A stretch of DNA of 64,000 bases, from NCBI GenBank assembly GCA_963665845.2, contig OY762492.1:2784001-2848000 (forward strand), given 5' to 3'. This stretch comes from Candidatus Poribacteria bacterium (lineage in GTDB: Bacteria > Poribacteria > WGA-4E > GCA-2687025). The translations under genes and the position numbers were made by a program. Of the stretch, positions 9,222-20,165 are shown piece by piece. The notes beneath the pieces are model-generated. The model made no database searches and was not told where the DNA came from. It saw only the letters and a program-made list of their open reading frames with translations. Each line of letters starts with the position of its first letter. Position 1 is the first letter of the stretch.

Positions 9222-10081
9222 ATGAAGAGCGCGCCGTATCGTTGGAAACGCTGCGCAGCGTCCGGCGCATTGAGTTTGCCGCGCTCCGATTTGCGAATCA
9301 TCTCCACGCCGGCGATTACGCCAGCGTTTTTAAAGGGCAGGGCATCGAGTTTGCCGACGTCCGCCGATACGAATCGGGCGACGACGCCCGCGCCATCGAC
9401 TGGAACGTCACTGCCCGTCTCGGACAGCCCTACATCAAGCGGTATGTGGAGGAGCGGGAGGCGGTCGTCATGCTTCTCGCCGACGCAAGCGGATCGACGC
9501 GGGTCGGCTCGCGCGAGCTGAAAAGCCGCCTGTGCGCGGAGGTGTGCGCCGCGCTTGCGCTCGCGGCAGCCAAAAACAACGACAAGACGGGACTCATTCT
9601 TTTTACCGACCGGATCGAAAAACATATCCCCCCGCGCAAAGGGCGGCGCCATGCGCTCCGCATCGCCCGCGAAATGCTCACATGCCGACCGACAGGGAAC
9701 GGCACCGATCTGCGTCCGCCGCTGGAGCTGTTTGCCCGCGTCTGTCGACGGAGAAGCGCCGCGTTTCTGCTCAGCGATTTCTATGCGGACGGATACGAAG
9801 CGGCGCTGAAGGCAACCGCTTCGCGCCATCGAATTTTGGCGGTGGAGATACGCGATCCGCTGGAACGCGCCGTGCCGAAGGTCGGGTGGGTGCGCTGGAA
9901 AGACGCCGAGAGCGGTACCGTCAAAACATCCGCCCAGACGCGCCTGACAGCGCGCCAAGACCGAGAACGCGACGCGCTGTTCAAACGTCTGCGCATTGAC
10001 TGCGCCCGTCTGGAAACGGGACGCTCATTTGTTGAGCCGCTTCTCGGTCTCTTCCGCCGAAGCGAACGGCGGAGAACATAG
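9218..10081 (+). CDS. DUF58 domain protein (MoxR partner)
   Basis: SVFKGQGIEFADVRRYESGDDARAIDWNVTAR; ADASGS; coupled to moxR. Confidence 0.92.
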   Translation: MNEERAVSLETLRSVRRIEFAALRFANHLHAGDYASVFKGQGIEFADVRRYESGDDARAIDWNVTARLGQPYIKRYVEEREAVVMLLADASGSTRVGSRELKSRLCAEVCAALALAAAKNNDKTGLILFTDRIEKHIPPRKGRRHALRIAREMLTCRPTGNGTDLRPPLELFARVCRRRSAAFLLSDFYADGYEAALKATASRHRILAVEIRDPLERAVPKVGWVRWKDAESGTVKTSAQTRLTARQDRERDALFKRLRIDCARLETGRSFVEPLLGLFRRSERRRT

Positions 10082-10094
10082 CGCGCCTCTCATC

Positions 10095-10120
10095 GTCATT
10101 CCCGCTTGCGCGGGAATGAC
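10095..10120. repeat. Family A REP-like palindrome between convergent genes
   Basis: gtcattcccgc-ttgc-gcgggaatgac; may serve as a bidirectional terminator. Confidence 0.8.
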
Positions 10121-10140
10121 AACACCCGAAAGCGGGTGGG

Positions 10141-12682
10141 CTAGGGGCGGCTTGAAACGCGGTTGAAATCCCAGAGCAGCATGGAGCCGTCTAGGCTTCC
10201 GCTCACGAGCCGCTGTCCGTCCGACGAAAACGCGGCGCCCATGACAATTTTCCCATGTCCTTTGATCTTATGGACAAGCTCGTGTGTCTTGATGTCCCAC
10301 ATCCAAATCGTCTGGTGGAAGCTGGCGGCGAGAGTCTGTCCGTCTGGGTTGAACGCTAGGGAAGTGATCCCGTCGTAATCCCCCCAATCCGTTTTGCCCT
10401 CCAATGGATAGGTTTGGAGAAGCGCGCCTGTGGACGCATCCAAAAGGGCTACGGCTTGTCCAAAGGTTCCAACGGCGATCGTCTTTTGATCAGGCGAGTA
10501 CGCGACGCTTCTTAACGAACCCTGCTGCGGGTTGATTGTTTTGAGCATCGTTCCCGTACGGACATCCCAGATGCGCAGCGTCCCCGAGCTGACGGTCGCG
10601 GCATTTTTTCCGTCCGGCGAAAACGCCGCGCCGCTGACGACATGCGCATGCCCTTCGAGCGTATGGAGATGCGTACCTGCGCGGGCGTCCCAGATGCGCG
10701 CCGTTTTGTCATCGCTGCCGCTGATAAGATATTGTCCGTCCGGCGAATACGCGACGATATTGACCCTGTCCCCATGACCTTCTAGTAGATGCAGCAGCGC
10801 GCCCGTCTTTATATCCCAAATCTGCGCGTCGTATGAGCCGCCGGCAATTGTTTTTCCGTCCGGCGAATAGGCGACCGTATTGACTGTCCATGTGATGACT
10901 CTCGATGCGTCGATGAATTTTCTAAGAAGCGCGCCGGTACGGGCGTCCCATACCTTGACCGCGCTGCTTTCTGCGCTGGCAATTGTTTTTCCGTCCGGGG
11001 AATACGCGACCGCATAGACTTCGCTATAGAAGCCGCTTGCATAGCCTCGTATCGTTCGCAGCTTCTTTCCCGTCCAGACATCCCAGATATGAATCAAGCC
11101 GTCCATACTTAAGCTTGCAAGTTTATTCCCGTCCGGAAAATAGGCGACATTCCAAACGTCGCTCTTCCCCGTCTCAATTTTGAGGAGAAGGCTGCCTGTG
11201 AAAGCGTCCCAAATCCGTATCTCTTCGCCGCCGCCCGTTGCGATGAACTGCCCGTTCGGAGAATACGCGGCGTCGTTGACTCGCATGCCCTTTTCCCCAA
11301 TGGAGAAAAGAAACGATTTGGCGTCAACATCCCATATGCGTACTGTTCTGTCCTTAATGTCGCCCACGCTTGCAAGCGTCCGCCCGTCCGGCGAGAACTC
11401 CATAGACTCAACCTGATCGGCATGCCCCCGAAGCGTATGCAGCGACTCCGCCTTCTGAACATCCCATAGTTCTATGCCGTTGTTTCGCATTCCAGAGGCG
11501 AGGATGGTTCCGTCCGGACTAAAGGCGATCGCCATGGACGCGATCCGTCCATTCATTGAGCGCTCACTAGATTTGAGCTTCTTGATCAGCGCGCCTGTGC
11601 GGGCGTCCCATAGCCGTACGTACCGTTGAAAAGAGGCATGTCCGGCGCTGGCGATGACGGCGCCGTCCAGCGAATAGATCACATGGTCGTCGCTATATTC
11701 GCGCCGAGGAAAGGTATCGTCTTTGAGCGTTCGCAGCTTCTTGCCTGTGCGAACATCCCAAATCCAAATCAAGCTGCCCCATCCTTTCTGACCTACAGTT
11801 GCGATGGAGCTGCCTGTCTGGAGAAAACGCGGCGGACCGCATTTCATAAGCGTCTATCCGCAGCAGCGCGGTTTCTTTTCCTGTTTCCGCGTCATGAAGC
11901 CAGACGCCCGCGCCGCCGGAGGAGGCGAGCGTCTTGCCGTCCGGCGAAATGGCGATATGCCGCGCATTTCCTTTCCCGAACCGAGCGACTGCCCCCTCCG
12001 GCAGATTCCATTGAGAAAGCGCGCGATACTTCTCCGCGCGGACGATCCGCCCCTCCGCCTGCTCCATCAGCGGCTTCAACGCGCTTGACGGAACGGCATA
12101 ACTGGTCAGTTTGCCGTCCAAAAAGGCTTGGCTCGCGATCCCTACCGCTTCGCCTTGTTTGTTGAAAACGGGCGCGCCGAGGATGTCGAGCGGTAGCGCC
12201 GGCGCCTCGATGATCGTCTCGCCGCGGGAACCTGTCCGCGTCTTGCTGAACTCCGCCTTTGAGACCTTGATCTTCCCCTTTTCTCCGATGGCGGCGGCGT
12301 AAAGCGGGTCGCCCGCTTGAAGCGCGCCGATCTCCCCAAGCGGCAGAGCGGGGGCGTCATGCGTTGAGACGCGCAGAATCGCCAGATTCCGCTCATCGTC
12401 TATCGCGGCGATCGATTCAACAGAATGGATACGGTCGTCTCCCGCGAGGCGCAAGTAAAGACGCGGCAGATGGCCGACGAGGCGGTAATCGACCGCAATC
12501 AGCCCGTCTCCGACCGCAAAGCCTGTTCCGACAAATTTTGGAAAGACTCTGTTGTTTAAGATCTGCGCCGTCGATGAACGCGCCTTTTTGGAGATACGCG
12601 CTTTGGTTCCGCATCCGAATGCGCAGACGGCGAGAAGCGCCGCGGCGATCCATAGAAGCGGGAAGATTCGGCGGTTGTTCAT
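10141..12682 (-). pseudogene. Frameshifted lipoprotein: degenerate trypsin-like domain plus about 14 WD40 repeats
   Basis: ORFs 11693..12745 and 10141..11847 join as AFSPD-GSSIATV if one extra base at 11815 is removed. Lipobox AFGC; QWNLPEGAVARFGKG linker. Could also be a sequencing error. Confidence 0.8.
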
Positions 12683-12818
12683 TAAACGCGCTCCTGTGCA
12701 GGCTGCATGCAAGGGCATTTTAAGGCGGATGAGGGTCGGCGTCAAGAGATCAAATCATTGCCTCAACAAGTTTTTGGCGTTATCATATGCAGCGTAAGCA
12801 AATCTTGCTGACGGAGAT

Positions 12819-13868
12819 ATGATGAAAACGCGCGCCCCGCTTTTGCTGATCAGTTTGTTTCTCCTTTCCGCCGCCGCTTTTGGCGGCGACTCGCGCGAAG
12901 GGTTTTATGTTCGTTTGGGTCTGGGACCGAGCTGGTTTGAGGAGATCAAACAGGAACGCGAAATGCCCGACTTTCCTGCGCTGCCGTACGGCTCGCCTGA
13001 GATGAACCGCTATCAGCGGCTGAACGTCGAAGAGGGCGGCTTGGGCGAGGCGTCCGTAGGCTACAGCTTCGGCAATCAACGATTCGAACTGATGTTTTCC
13101 GGCGCCCAGGCGAATCTATGGAGCGACGGCGGCGTTGTCTACTATGAGGGCGCTCCGCTCGCTGACAGCAATTCCGACAGCCCGTACGAACACAACTCGG
13201 ACAGCCCGCCGTACGAACACAACTCGGACAGCCCGCCGTACGAACACAACTCTGACAGCCCGCCGTACGGATACGGGAACTGGTCTTCCTACACCTACTT
13301 TGAAGACCTGACGATTCATACGTTGTCGCTCAACTTTTACTACGATTTTCCGTCCAAGCGGAGCCGCGTCGTTCCGTATCTCGGCTATGGAGCCGGCGCC
13401 GCGTTTGTCGATATTCCAGGGCGTCAACATGTTTCATGGAACGGCCCTTGGTACGGCGACGAGCCGACGCCGGAGCCGATGCCGACAGAGCCTCCTTATG
13501 ACGACAACGGCAACGACAGCGGCAACAGCAGCGAGGGCGACGGCAGCGGCGACAACGGCGGCGACTATCGAGACGATCCGCCGCCGACGCAACCAGGCTG
13601 GCCCACCCCTTACTACGCTGATCGGGCGATTGACCTGTCAGGCGCTTCCTTTATGAGCGCGTTCTACGGCGGCGTCGAATACCGCATCGTTTCAGACCTC
13701 TATTTAGGCTTTCGCCTAGGATACGTCTATATCGGCGATGTAGAAACCGAGGATGAGCGGTACGACGACCGATTTCCGTTCGGCGGATTTCGCGGCGGCA
13801 GAGATATGGAGATCAGCGGACTCAGTCATTGGTCGGCGGTTTTGACGCTTCGGCTGCTGCGTTTGTAG
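12819..13868 (+). CDS. Small outer-membrane beta-barrel (OmpA/opacity-like) with long repeat-containing loops
   Basis: Signal peptide; GFYVRLGLG, GYSFG..RFEL, LNFYYDF, PYLGYGAG, GGVEY strands; acidic and Pro-rich loops. Confidence 0.75.
   Translation: MMKTRAPLLLISLFLLSAAAFGGDSREGFYVRLGLGPSWFEEIKQEREMPDFPALPYGSPEMNRYQRLNVEEGGLGEASVGYSFGNQRFELMFSGAQANLWSDGGVVYYEGAPLADSNSDSPYEHNSDSPPYEHNSDSPPYEHNSDSPPYGYGNWSSYTYFEDLTIHTLSLNFYYDFPSKRSRVVPYLGYGAGAAFVDIPGRQHVSWNGPWYGDEPTPEPMPTEPPYDDNGNDSGNSSEGDGSGDNGGDYRDDPPPTQPGWPTPYYADRAIDLSGASFMSAFYGGVEYRIVSDLYLGFRLGYVYIGDVETEDERYDDRFPFGGFRGGRDMEISGLSHWSAVLTLRLLRL
13170..13269 (+). repeat. In-frame 27-nt tandem repeat (NSDSPPYEH), about 3.5 copies
   Basis: gacagcccgccgtacgaacacaactcg repeated. 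Confidence 0.9.
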
Positions 13869-13899
13869 CTTTCAGCGCATGTGAAAAGGGAGTTCTGGC

Positions 13900-14415
13900 A
13901 TGTCTGAAAAAGAGAGGCCTGTTCGCATGGAGCCGCTGGCGATGCGCCATGCTCCAGAAATTCAGCGTTATGTCTCCGACCCTGCCATACCCGCCATGAT
14001 GGATAATATCCCGCATCCGTACCCGCCCGACGGCGCGGCAGAGTATATTCGCCGGAACATGCGCCGTCAGGCGGAAGGAAAATCTTGGACATACGCGGCG
14101 ATGGTCGGGTCGGATCTGGTCGGAGTATGCTCCATTCGTTTGGAAGACGAAAACGTTCCGGTTCTGGGATACTGGATCGGAAAGCCGTTTTGGGGGCGCG
14201 GTTACGGCTCTGCGGCGGCGAAGCTTGCGCTGAAACGCTTTTTCTCGGAGACCGACTATCGCGCAGTCTGGGCGGCAAGCCATGCGCGCAATCCCGCCTC
14301 GATCCGCATACTGGAAAAATGCGGCTTTCAGCGAATCGAGGCAGAAGAGAGCGCCTTTCGATCAGGGCATGATCCAAGCGTCTATTTCAAGCTGGAGCGG
14401 GACTGGTTCGTCTGA
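13900..14415 (+). CDS. GNAT acetyltransferase, RimJ/RimL type
   Basis: IPHPYP, LGYWIGKPFWGRGYGS, NPASIRILEKCGF. Confidence 0.92.
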   Translation: MSEKERPVRMEPLAMRHAPEIQRYVSDPAIPAMMDNIPHPYPPDGAAEYIRRNMRRQAEGKSWTYAAMVGSDLVGVCSIRLEDENVPVLGYWIGKPFWGRGYGSAAAKLALKRFFSETDYRAVWAASHARNPASIRILEKCGFQRIEAEESAFRSGHDPSVYFKLERDWFV

Positions 14416-14523
14416 ACCCGCTTTATTCGCGGCAATGGCGTTTGATCGGATGATGCGTCTTTTAAGATTCCCGCTTACGCGGGAATGACGACCAAATAAA
14501 TGTCTCCGCATGGGCGTACCGCC

Positions 14524-16446
14524 TTATTCTTCGTCCGCCTGCAGCTGCGCAAGGACGGAGATGTCCTCCAGCGTGTCGATGTTGCCGAGGCTAGGGTCGT
14601 TCGCGGCGACCTTCCGAAGCAGGCGGCGCATGATCTTTCCGCTGCGCGTTTTTGGCAGGGCGTCTGTGAAGCGTACCGTTTTCGGGCGCGCGAATCGTCC
14701 GATCTCTTTGGAGACCTGATCAACGATCTCTGCCTTGAGCGCGTCCGATTTTTCAACGCCGCCGATGAGCGTCACGAAGCAGACCAGCGCCTCCCCGGTG
14801 ATCTCGTCCGGCGTCCCGATGACGGCCGACTCGGCGACAGACGGATGGCCGACCAGCGCATGTTCAATTTCTGCCGTTCCGAGCCGATGTCCGGAGATGT
14901 TGACCACATCGTCCACCCGACCGAGTATCCAGAAGTAGCCGTCTTCGTCTTGCATGGCTCCGTCGCCGGCGAAATAGGCATGCGGCACCGTCTCCCAGTA
15001 CGATTCGCGGAACCTGTCAGGGTCGCCGTAGATGGTGCGCATCATGCCCGGCCAGGGATGCTGAACGACCAGAAGCCCCTGTTCGCCTTGCGGGACCGCC
15101 TCGCCCGTTTCGGTCACGATGGCGGGTTCAATGCCGAAGAAGGGAAGCGTCGCGCTGCCGGGCTTCGTTGAAACGGCGCCCGGCAACGGCGTTATCATGA
15201 TGCCGCCCGTTTCCGTTTGCCACCAGGTGTCGACGATGGGGCAGCGCTCCTTTCCGATGACGCGATGGTACCAGAGCCACGCTTCCGGGTTGATCGGTTC
15301 GCCGACGGTGCCGAGCAGCCGCAGGCTTGACAGGTCATGCCGGTTCGGGTATTCGTCCCCCTGTTTCAAAAAGGCGCGGATGGCGGTCGGCGCCGTGTAA
15401 AAAATGGAGACGCGGTGCCGCTCAACGATGTCCCAGAACCGCGCCCAGTCGGGATAGTTCGGCGCGCCTTCAAACATGAGCGCCGTTGCGCCGTTGGCGA
15501 GCGGCCCGTAGACGATATACGAATGCCCGGTGATCCATCCGATGTCGGCGGTGCACCAGTACACATCTTCGTCTTTCAGGTCGAACACATATTTGGTCGT
15601 GTGGGCGGCGTACACCATATATCCGCCGAGGGCATGGAGAACGCCTTTCGGCTTGCCGGTGGAGCCGGAGGTGTACAGAATAAAGAGCGGATGCTGCGCG
15701 TCCAGCGGCTCGGCGGGGCAGTCGGCGGAGGCGTCAGCGACGGCGTCGCTCCACCAGACGTCGACCTCGTCGTTCCATTCGATCTCATTGCCGCACCGCT
15801 TGAAGACGACGACGCGCTCAATGGTTGGGCATGCGTTGTCGGCGAGCGCTTCGTCAACCGCTTTTTTGAGCTCGATGACGCGCCCTCGGCGCCATCCGCC
15901 GTCGGCGGTGAGAACCGCTTTGCATTCGGCGTCGTTGACGCGGTCGCGTATCGCCTCGGCGCTGAATCCGCCAAAGATGACCGAATGCGTGACGCCGATG
16001 CGCGCGCATGCCAAGAGCGCGATCGCCAGTTCAGGAACCATCGGCATGTAGACGGCGACGCGGTCGCCTTTTTCGAGACCGAGGTTTTTGAGCGCGTTGG
16101 CGAATTTGCAGACTTCGCGGTGGAGCTGCAGGTAGGTGAGCGTTTGAGTGTCGCCCGGCTCCCCTTCAAAAATGATGGCGGCTTTGTTCTGCGTCGGCGT
16201 TCCGAGGAACCTGTCGAGGCAGTTGTAGGCGATATTCGTCTTCGCGCCGACAAACCATTCCACCCATGGCTCGTTCCATTTTTTGACGTCTGTCCATTTT
16301 TCGTGCCAATGAAACTGCTCGGCAACCTCCGCCCAGTAGGTTTCGGGGTCGGCGATGGAGCGCTCATAGACGCTTCGGTATTCGTCCAGGCTTTTGATAT
16401 GCGCGTTGCCGCTGAAGTTTTCGGGCGGGTCGAATCGCTGCGCCAT
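14524..16446 (-). CDS. acs: Acetyl-CoA synthetase
   Basis: [46 protein letters not shown]. Confidence 0.98.
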   Translation of the reverse strand: MAQRFDPPENFSGNAHIKSLDEYRSVYERSIADPETYWAEVAEQFHWHEKWTDVKKWNEPWVEWFVGAKTNIAYNCLDRFLGTPTQNKAAIIFEGEPGDTQTLTYLQLHREVCKFANALKNLGLEKGDRVAVYMPMVPELAIALLACARIGVTHSVIFGGFSAEAIRDRVNDAECKAVLTADGGWRRGRVIELKKAVDEALADNACPTIERVVVFKRCGNEIEWNDEVDVWWSDAVADASADCPAEPLDAQHPLFILYTSGSTGKPKGVLHALGGYMVYAAHTTKYVFDLKDEDVYWCTADIGWITGHSYIVYGPLANGATALMFEGAPNYPDWARFWDIVERHRVSIFYTAPTAIRAFLKQGDEYPNRHDLSSLRLLGTVGEPINPEAWLWYHRVIGKERCPIVDTWWQTETGGIMITPLPGAVSTKPGSATLPFFGIEPAIVTETGEAVPQGEQGLLVVQHPWPGMMRTIYGDPDRFRESYWETVPHAYFAGDGAMQDEDGYFWILGRVDDVVNISGHRLGTAEIEHALVGHPSVAESAVIGTPDEITGEALVCFVTLIGGVEKSDALKAEIVDQVSKEIGRFARPKTVRFTDALPKTRSGKIMRRLLRKVAANDPSLGNIDTLEDISVLAQLQADEE

Positions 16447-16549
16447 GCGGGTCGTCCTTTCTGAACGGTATCGGCTGTATGTCGGGAGGGATTATAGGGG
16501 AGATGGGCGGGGGGCGCAAGCGTTTTTGGATTTTCCCCGCCGTTTGCCT

Positions 16550-17032
16550 CTAAGAATTGAACGCGCGAGACAACGGATCGCCGCAGCGGAGAGTCCGCAC
16601 TTTTTCTCTGTATTTTCCTAAGATCACGCTCATTCTGCTCAGGATTTTCCGCTGATGTTTATCCATCTTGATGCAGGCAAACACTGGACGGAAGCGCACA
16701 TCATGGCTATTAAGCGCTTTGGGCGGGATCAGGCGTTTCGCGATGTCCGCTCCGCTTTGAAGCTGGCCGGCGATTTTGGACGCTTTGCCGTTGCCGACTT
16801 TAAACTCCATTGGCGCAACCCAAACCTCATTAGCGGAAGGCTCGCTGATGAAGAGGTAGTCGCATTTTTCGTCGGCTTCGCTGTAGCCGGGCGATTGTTT
16901 ATGCTCTGTATCGATGATAAGGCGGTTGCCGCTCATGCCGTCAAGAGAGACGCTGCATTTATCCTTGCTGCAGCTCGTTGCGACGCATGCGTCCGGCGTC
17001 TTTTTACGGGCGGCTTTCAGGACGCAGCTCAT
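16550..17032 (-). CDS. Hypothetical protein with PD-(D/E)xK-like nuclease motif
   Basis: ATG overlaps the ATPase stop (ATGA); KCDYLF...MEFK...GQL spacing resembles a restriction-fold catalytic site. Confidence 0.6.
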   Translation of the reverse strand: MSCVLKAARKKTPDACVATSCSKDKCSVSLDGMSGNRLIIDTEHKQSPGYSEADEKCDYLFISEPSANEVWVAPMEFKVGNGKASKIAGQLQSGADIAKRLIPPKALNSHDVRFRPVFACIKMDKHQRKILSRMSVILGKYREKVRTLRCGDPLSRAFNS

Positions 17033-18510
17033 CGAGTTTCGTTTCTCTCGATCTCGCTGGAGATATTCGCCCATCGATTGTGGAGATCTGCCGCCACTTG
17101 GCTGTAACCTTCCGTGTCAAAGCCGATTTCGGGATCGAACGGCAGCTCCCGAACGACGGATCCGCCCCTCTCTTGATCGTGTTGGAATGTCCAGACGCCC
17201 AACTCTTCCGGTTTCATTGACGCCTCCCCGCGTTGTTCTTCAGGCAATTTAGATTCCAAGACAATATTTTGTAACGCTTCCACGATCCACTCGCTGTGGG
17301 TCGTAATGATGATTCGGACGCCCGCGTTGACAGCCTTCGCCAGCTCGCGGATGACAGCAGCCTGCATTTCAGGATGCAGATGCGCTTCAGGCTCCTCAAT
17401 GATGAGCGTATCGCCCGGCTGAACGACATAGCGCAGATACAGAACCAAGGGCGCAAGTTCCGAGATCATGGACGCTGTGTTCATGAGCGGCAAGTCCCGA
17501 TCCCAGCTGTCGGGGCGGAAAACAAACGACGGATACATGTTGGGAACCGGCGATCCCTTTAAATTGATTGACCCGCGCAGCACATTTTTTTCGAGGCTTT
17601 TGGCTAACTTAATGGTTTCCTCCCTTGATCCTGTTCGTTTTGGCAGTTTCTCAATTAACATCAGCGTCGTGAGAAAATCGGCTAGAATGCCGTTGAGCGT
17701 CGGCAACTGGGGAGACGGGCGTATGCCGGCAAAGGCCGCGCTTTGAATTACTGCGTTCGTGACAACATGGTGCGCATGTATGATTCCAGTGCGCGCTGCC
17801 GGAAGATAATGCGCAGGATCGCTCAAAGATCCCGGTATATTTGGGTACATAATTTCTATAACTTTTTTTTGGATCGCATAATAAAAATTTGTATGCATTT
17901 CTTCAGAATTCATAAGTTCGAATATAGCGCGAAACAGCGGAATATCTCCGACACGCAGCCGCGTTAGGTCTGGAATGGAAGCGTTTATAGTGGGCGTTTC
18001 GTCAATTTTAAAGCGATACTCAAACGGAGATTCTTGGTCAAACCCTAGTTTCAACGAGATTTCTGCAGATAGGCTTTTTGGAAAGCGAACCAATGAATCA
18101 AGCGCATTGACGCCATAACACCGCAGCATACTTTCCTTAAAATGCCCATCCCAGAACTCGTTTGGATGAAACCAACGACGAGCCTTTTCAGCGATGTCGT
18201 TAGGGAGCGGCTTATTAAGATCGTCTATAGTTGAATTCTGAAGCATCCATTCGTAGATACGCCCTATATCGCTTTCAGTTATGCTCAGCACATCGCCAGG
18301 TTTTAAATCAGATGGTAAAGAAAGTAACAAAGAAAAATCTTTGTCGCTATCGAAAAAGCGGTGAAGCGCGTAAATGAGCGTCGCCAGATACGATTTCCCC
18401 GTATTGCTCGGTCCGATAAACACGGTCAGCGGGCGCAGATCCACTTTCCCCTCGGCGATCGGCCCGAAGTCTTTCACCTGCAGCGTCAGCTTTTCAGAAT
18501 CGCCCGACAT
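17029..18510 (-). CDS. ABC-type ATPase (AAA_15/AAA_21-like), defence-associated type
   Basis: KDFGPI, Walker A GPSNTGKS, YLPAARTG, Walker B IIEEPEAHLHP, H-loop ITTHS; AT-rich central region. Confidence 0.88.
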   Translation of the reverse strand: MSGDSEKLTLQVKDFGPIAEGKVDLRPLTVFIGPSNTGKSYLATLIYALHRFFDSDKDFSLLLSLPSDLKPGDVLSITESDIGRIYEWMLQNSTIDDLNKPLPNDIAEKARRWFHPNEFWDGHFKESMLRCYGVNALDSLVRFPKSLSAEISLKLGFDQESPFEYRFKIDETPTINASIPDLTRLRVGDIPLFRAIFELMNSEEMHTNFYYAIQKKVIEIMYPNIPGSLSDPAHYLPAARTGIIHAHHVVTNAVIQSAAFAGIRPSPQLPTLNGILADFLTTLMLIEKLPKRTGSREETIKLAKSLEKNVLRGSINLKGSPVPNMYPSFVFRPDSWDRDLPLMNTASMISELAPLVLYLRYVVQPGDTLIIEEPEAHLHPEMQAAVIRELAKAVNAGVRIIITTHSEWIVEALQNIVLESKLPEEQRGEASMKPEELGVWTFQHDQERGGSVVRELPFDPEIGFDTEGYSQVAADLHNRWANISSEIERNETR

Positions 18511-19892
18511 GCGCTATCCTCCCTTGAAACGACCCGACCGATTAAAGTATGCGGCGTGGAATCCACAATCACAACCTCAACGATTTCCCCAATCTCCGCC
18601 CTGCCTTTCGGAAAGACGCATGTTTTGAAATCGTCCGTTTTGCCGAAAAGGTCGTCTCCGCTTCTCTTTGAGACGCCTTCCGCCAACACTGCCGCCGACG
18701 TCCCGACCTTCGAGGCGTAAATCTCGGCGGAGACGCTCTCCTGCAGCGCGATGATCCGTTTCAGCCGTTCAATCTTTTCCGCCTCCGCGATGTCGTCCGC
18801 ATACCGCTTCTGCGCGACCGTCCCGCCCCGTTCAGAGTATTTGAACATAAAGGCGCCGTCGTACCGGACGCGCTCCATGAGCCTGTAGGTCTCCTCAAAC
18901 TGCGCCGCCGTCTCGCCCGGAAAGCCGACGATGATGTCGGTCGTGATCGCGGCGCCTGGGACATTGGCGCGCAGCTTTTCCACCACCTCCATATACTCCT
19001 TGACCCGGTAGTCGCGCCGCATGCGCGTCAAAACTTCGTCCGAGCCGGACTGAAGCGGCAGATGAATATGGCTGCACACCTTCCGATTGGAACCCATGAC
19101 GCGGATCATGGCGTCGGTCGCGTCGGACGGATGCGGCGAGGTGAAACGAATGCGTTCGATGCCGTCCACCTCCGACGCCGCTTCCAGCAGATCGGCAAAG
19201 TCATGCCGCCCGTCATGGTAGCTGTTGACGGTCTGACCTAGGAGCGCGATTTCTTTGACGCCGCTGTCCGCCAGCCGCCGCGCCTCCTCCACCACCTTTT
19301 CCAGCTGGACGCTTCGCTCGCGTCCGCGCACGAACGGGACGACGCAGAACGCGCAGAATTTGTCGCAGCCGCGCTGTATCGTGAGCCATGCCTTGACGCC
19401 TTCGGCGCGGACAGGCGCGATGTCGGCGTAATCTTCGAGCGGGTCTAGGCGCGTGTCGATATAGGGCGCGCCGCGCGCGTTTTCAATCGCTTCGGGCAGG
19501 TTGCGGTAGCTGTCCGGACCCATCACAAGGTCCACATACGGGGCGCGCTCGGCGATCTGATCGGCGATGCGCTGCGCCATGCATCCGCAAACGCCGAGGA
19601 TGAGATCGGGGCGTTTTCGCTTCAGGCTTGAAAGTTCGCCGAGACGCCCGAAGACGCGCTCCTCCGCCTTTTCGCGTATGGCGCATGTGTTGAGTAGGAT
19701 GATGTCGGCGCGGCGCATCTCCGTTTCGGCGCTGTAGCCCGCGCCGGCGAGAATCGACGCGATCACCTCCGAGTCGCTGACATTCATCTGGCAGCCGTAG
19801 TTCTCGATATAAACGCTGCGGTTCCGAAACGGCGTCAACGTTTCAGGCGCGATCGGGTCGGCAACGGCGGCGAGCGGAAGCGGTTGTTTCAT
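18486..19892 (-). CDS. miaB: tRNA-2-methylthio-N6-dimethylallyladenosine synthase
   Basis: YGCQMNVSDSE, NTCAIREKAE, GCDKFCAFCVVP radical SAM motif, RIRFTSPHP, C-terminal TRAM domain. Confidence 0.97.
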   Translation of the reverse strand: MKQPLPLAAVADPIAPETLTPFRNRSVYIENYGCQMNVSDSEVIASILAGAGYSAETEMRRADIILLNTCAIREKAEERVFGRLGELSSLKRKRPDLILGVCGCMAQRIADQIAERAPYVDLVMGPDSYRNLPEAIENARGAPYIDTRLDPLEDYADIAPVRAEGVKAWLTIQRGCDKFCAFCVVPFVRGRERSVQLEKVVEEARRLADSGVKEIALLGQTVNSYHDGRHDFADLLEAASEVDGIERIRFTSPHPSDATDAMIRVMGSNRKVCSHIHLPLQSGSDEVLTRMRRDYRVKEYMEVVEKLRANVPGAAITTDIIVGFPGETAAQFEETYRLMERVRYDGAFMFKYSERGGTVAQKRYADDIAEAEKIERLKRIIALQESVSAEIYASKVGTSAAVLAEGVSKRSGDDLFGKTDDFKTCVFPKGRAEIGEIVEVVIVDSTPHTLIGRVVSREDSACRAILKS

Positions 19893-19981
19893 GTTCAGCC
19901 TTCACATGTGCTGCGGGTAAAAAGCATGCGCCTCATGAATTATAAGGCGGATCGGCTGCGTACGGCAAGATGTTTGGTTTT

Positions 19982-20149
19982 CTGACCTCACGCTTAGAGC
20001 TGGGACAATTCTGGTTGTGAACGCGGACGGTTTCGAGGTTGACTCTGGATTCCCGCTTACGCGGGAATGACGGCTTGGTTGGCGGCGCCTTTTTCCCATG
20101 AATAGAGGCTTTGGTCGTTCAGCTGTCCCAACTTTATGCATGAGGTCAG
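19982..20149. mobile_element. Family D MITE-like element with internal family A palindrome
   Basis: ctgacctcacgcttagagctgggaca ... tgtcccaactttatgcatgaggtcag; interior is the reverse complement of the 4379 copy. Confidence 0.65.
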
Positions 20150-20165
20150 TGATGACACGGGTCGG

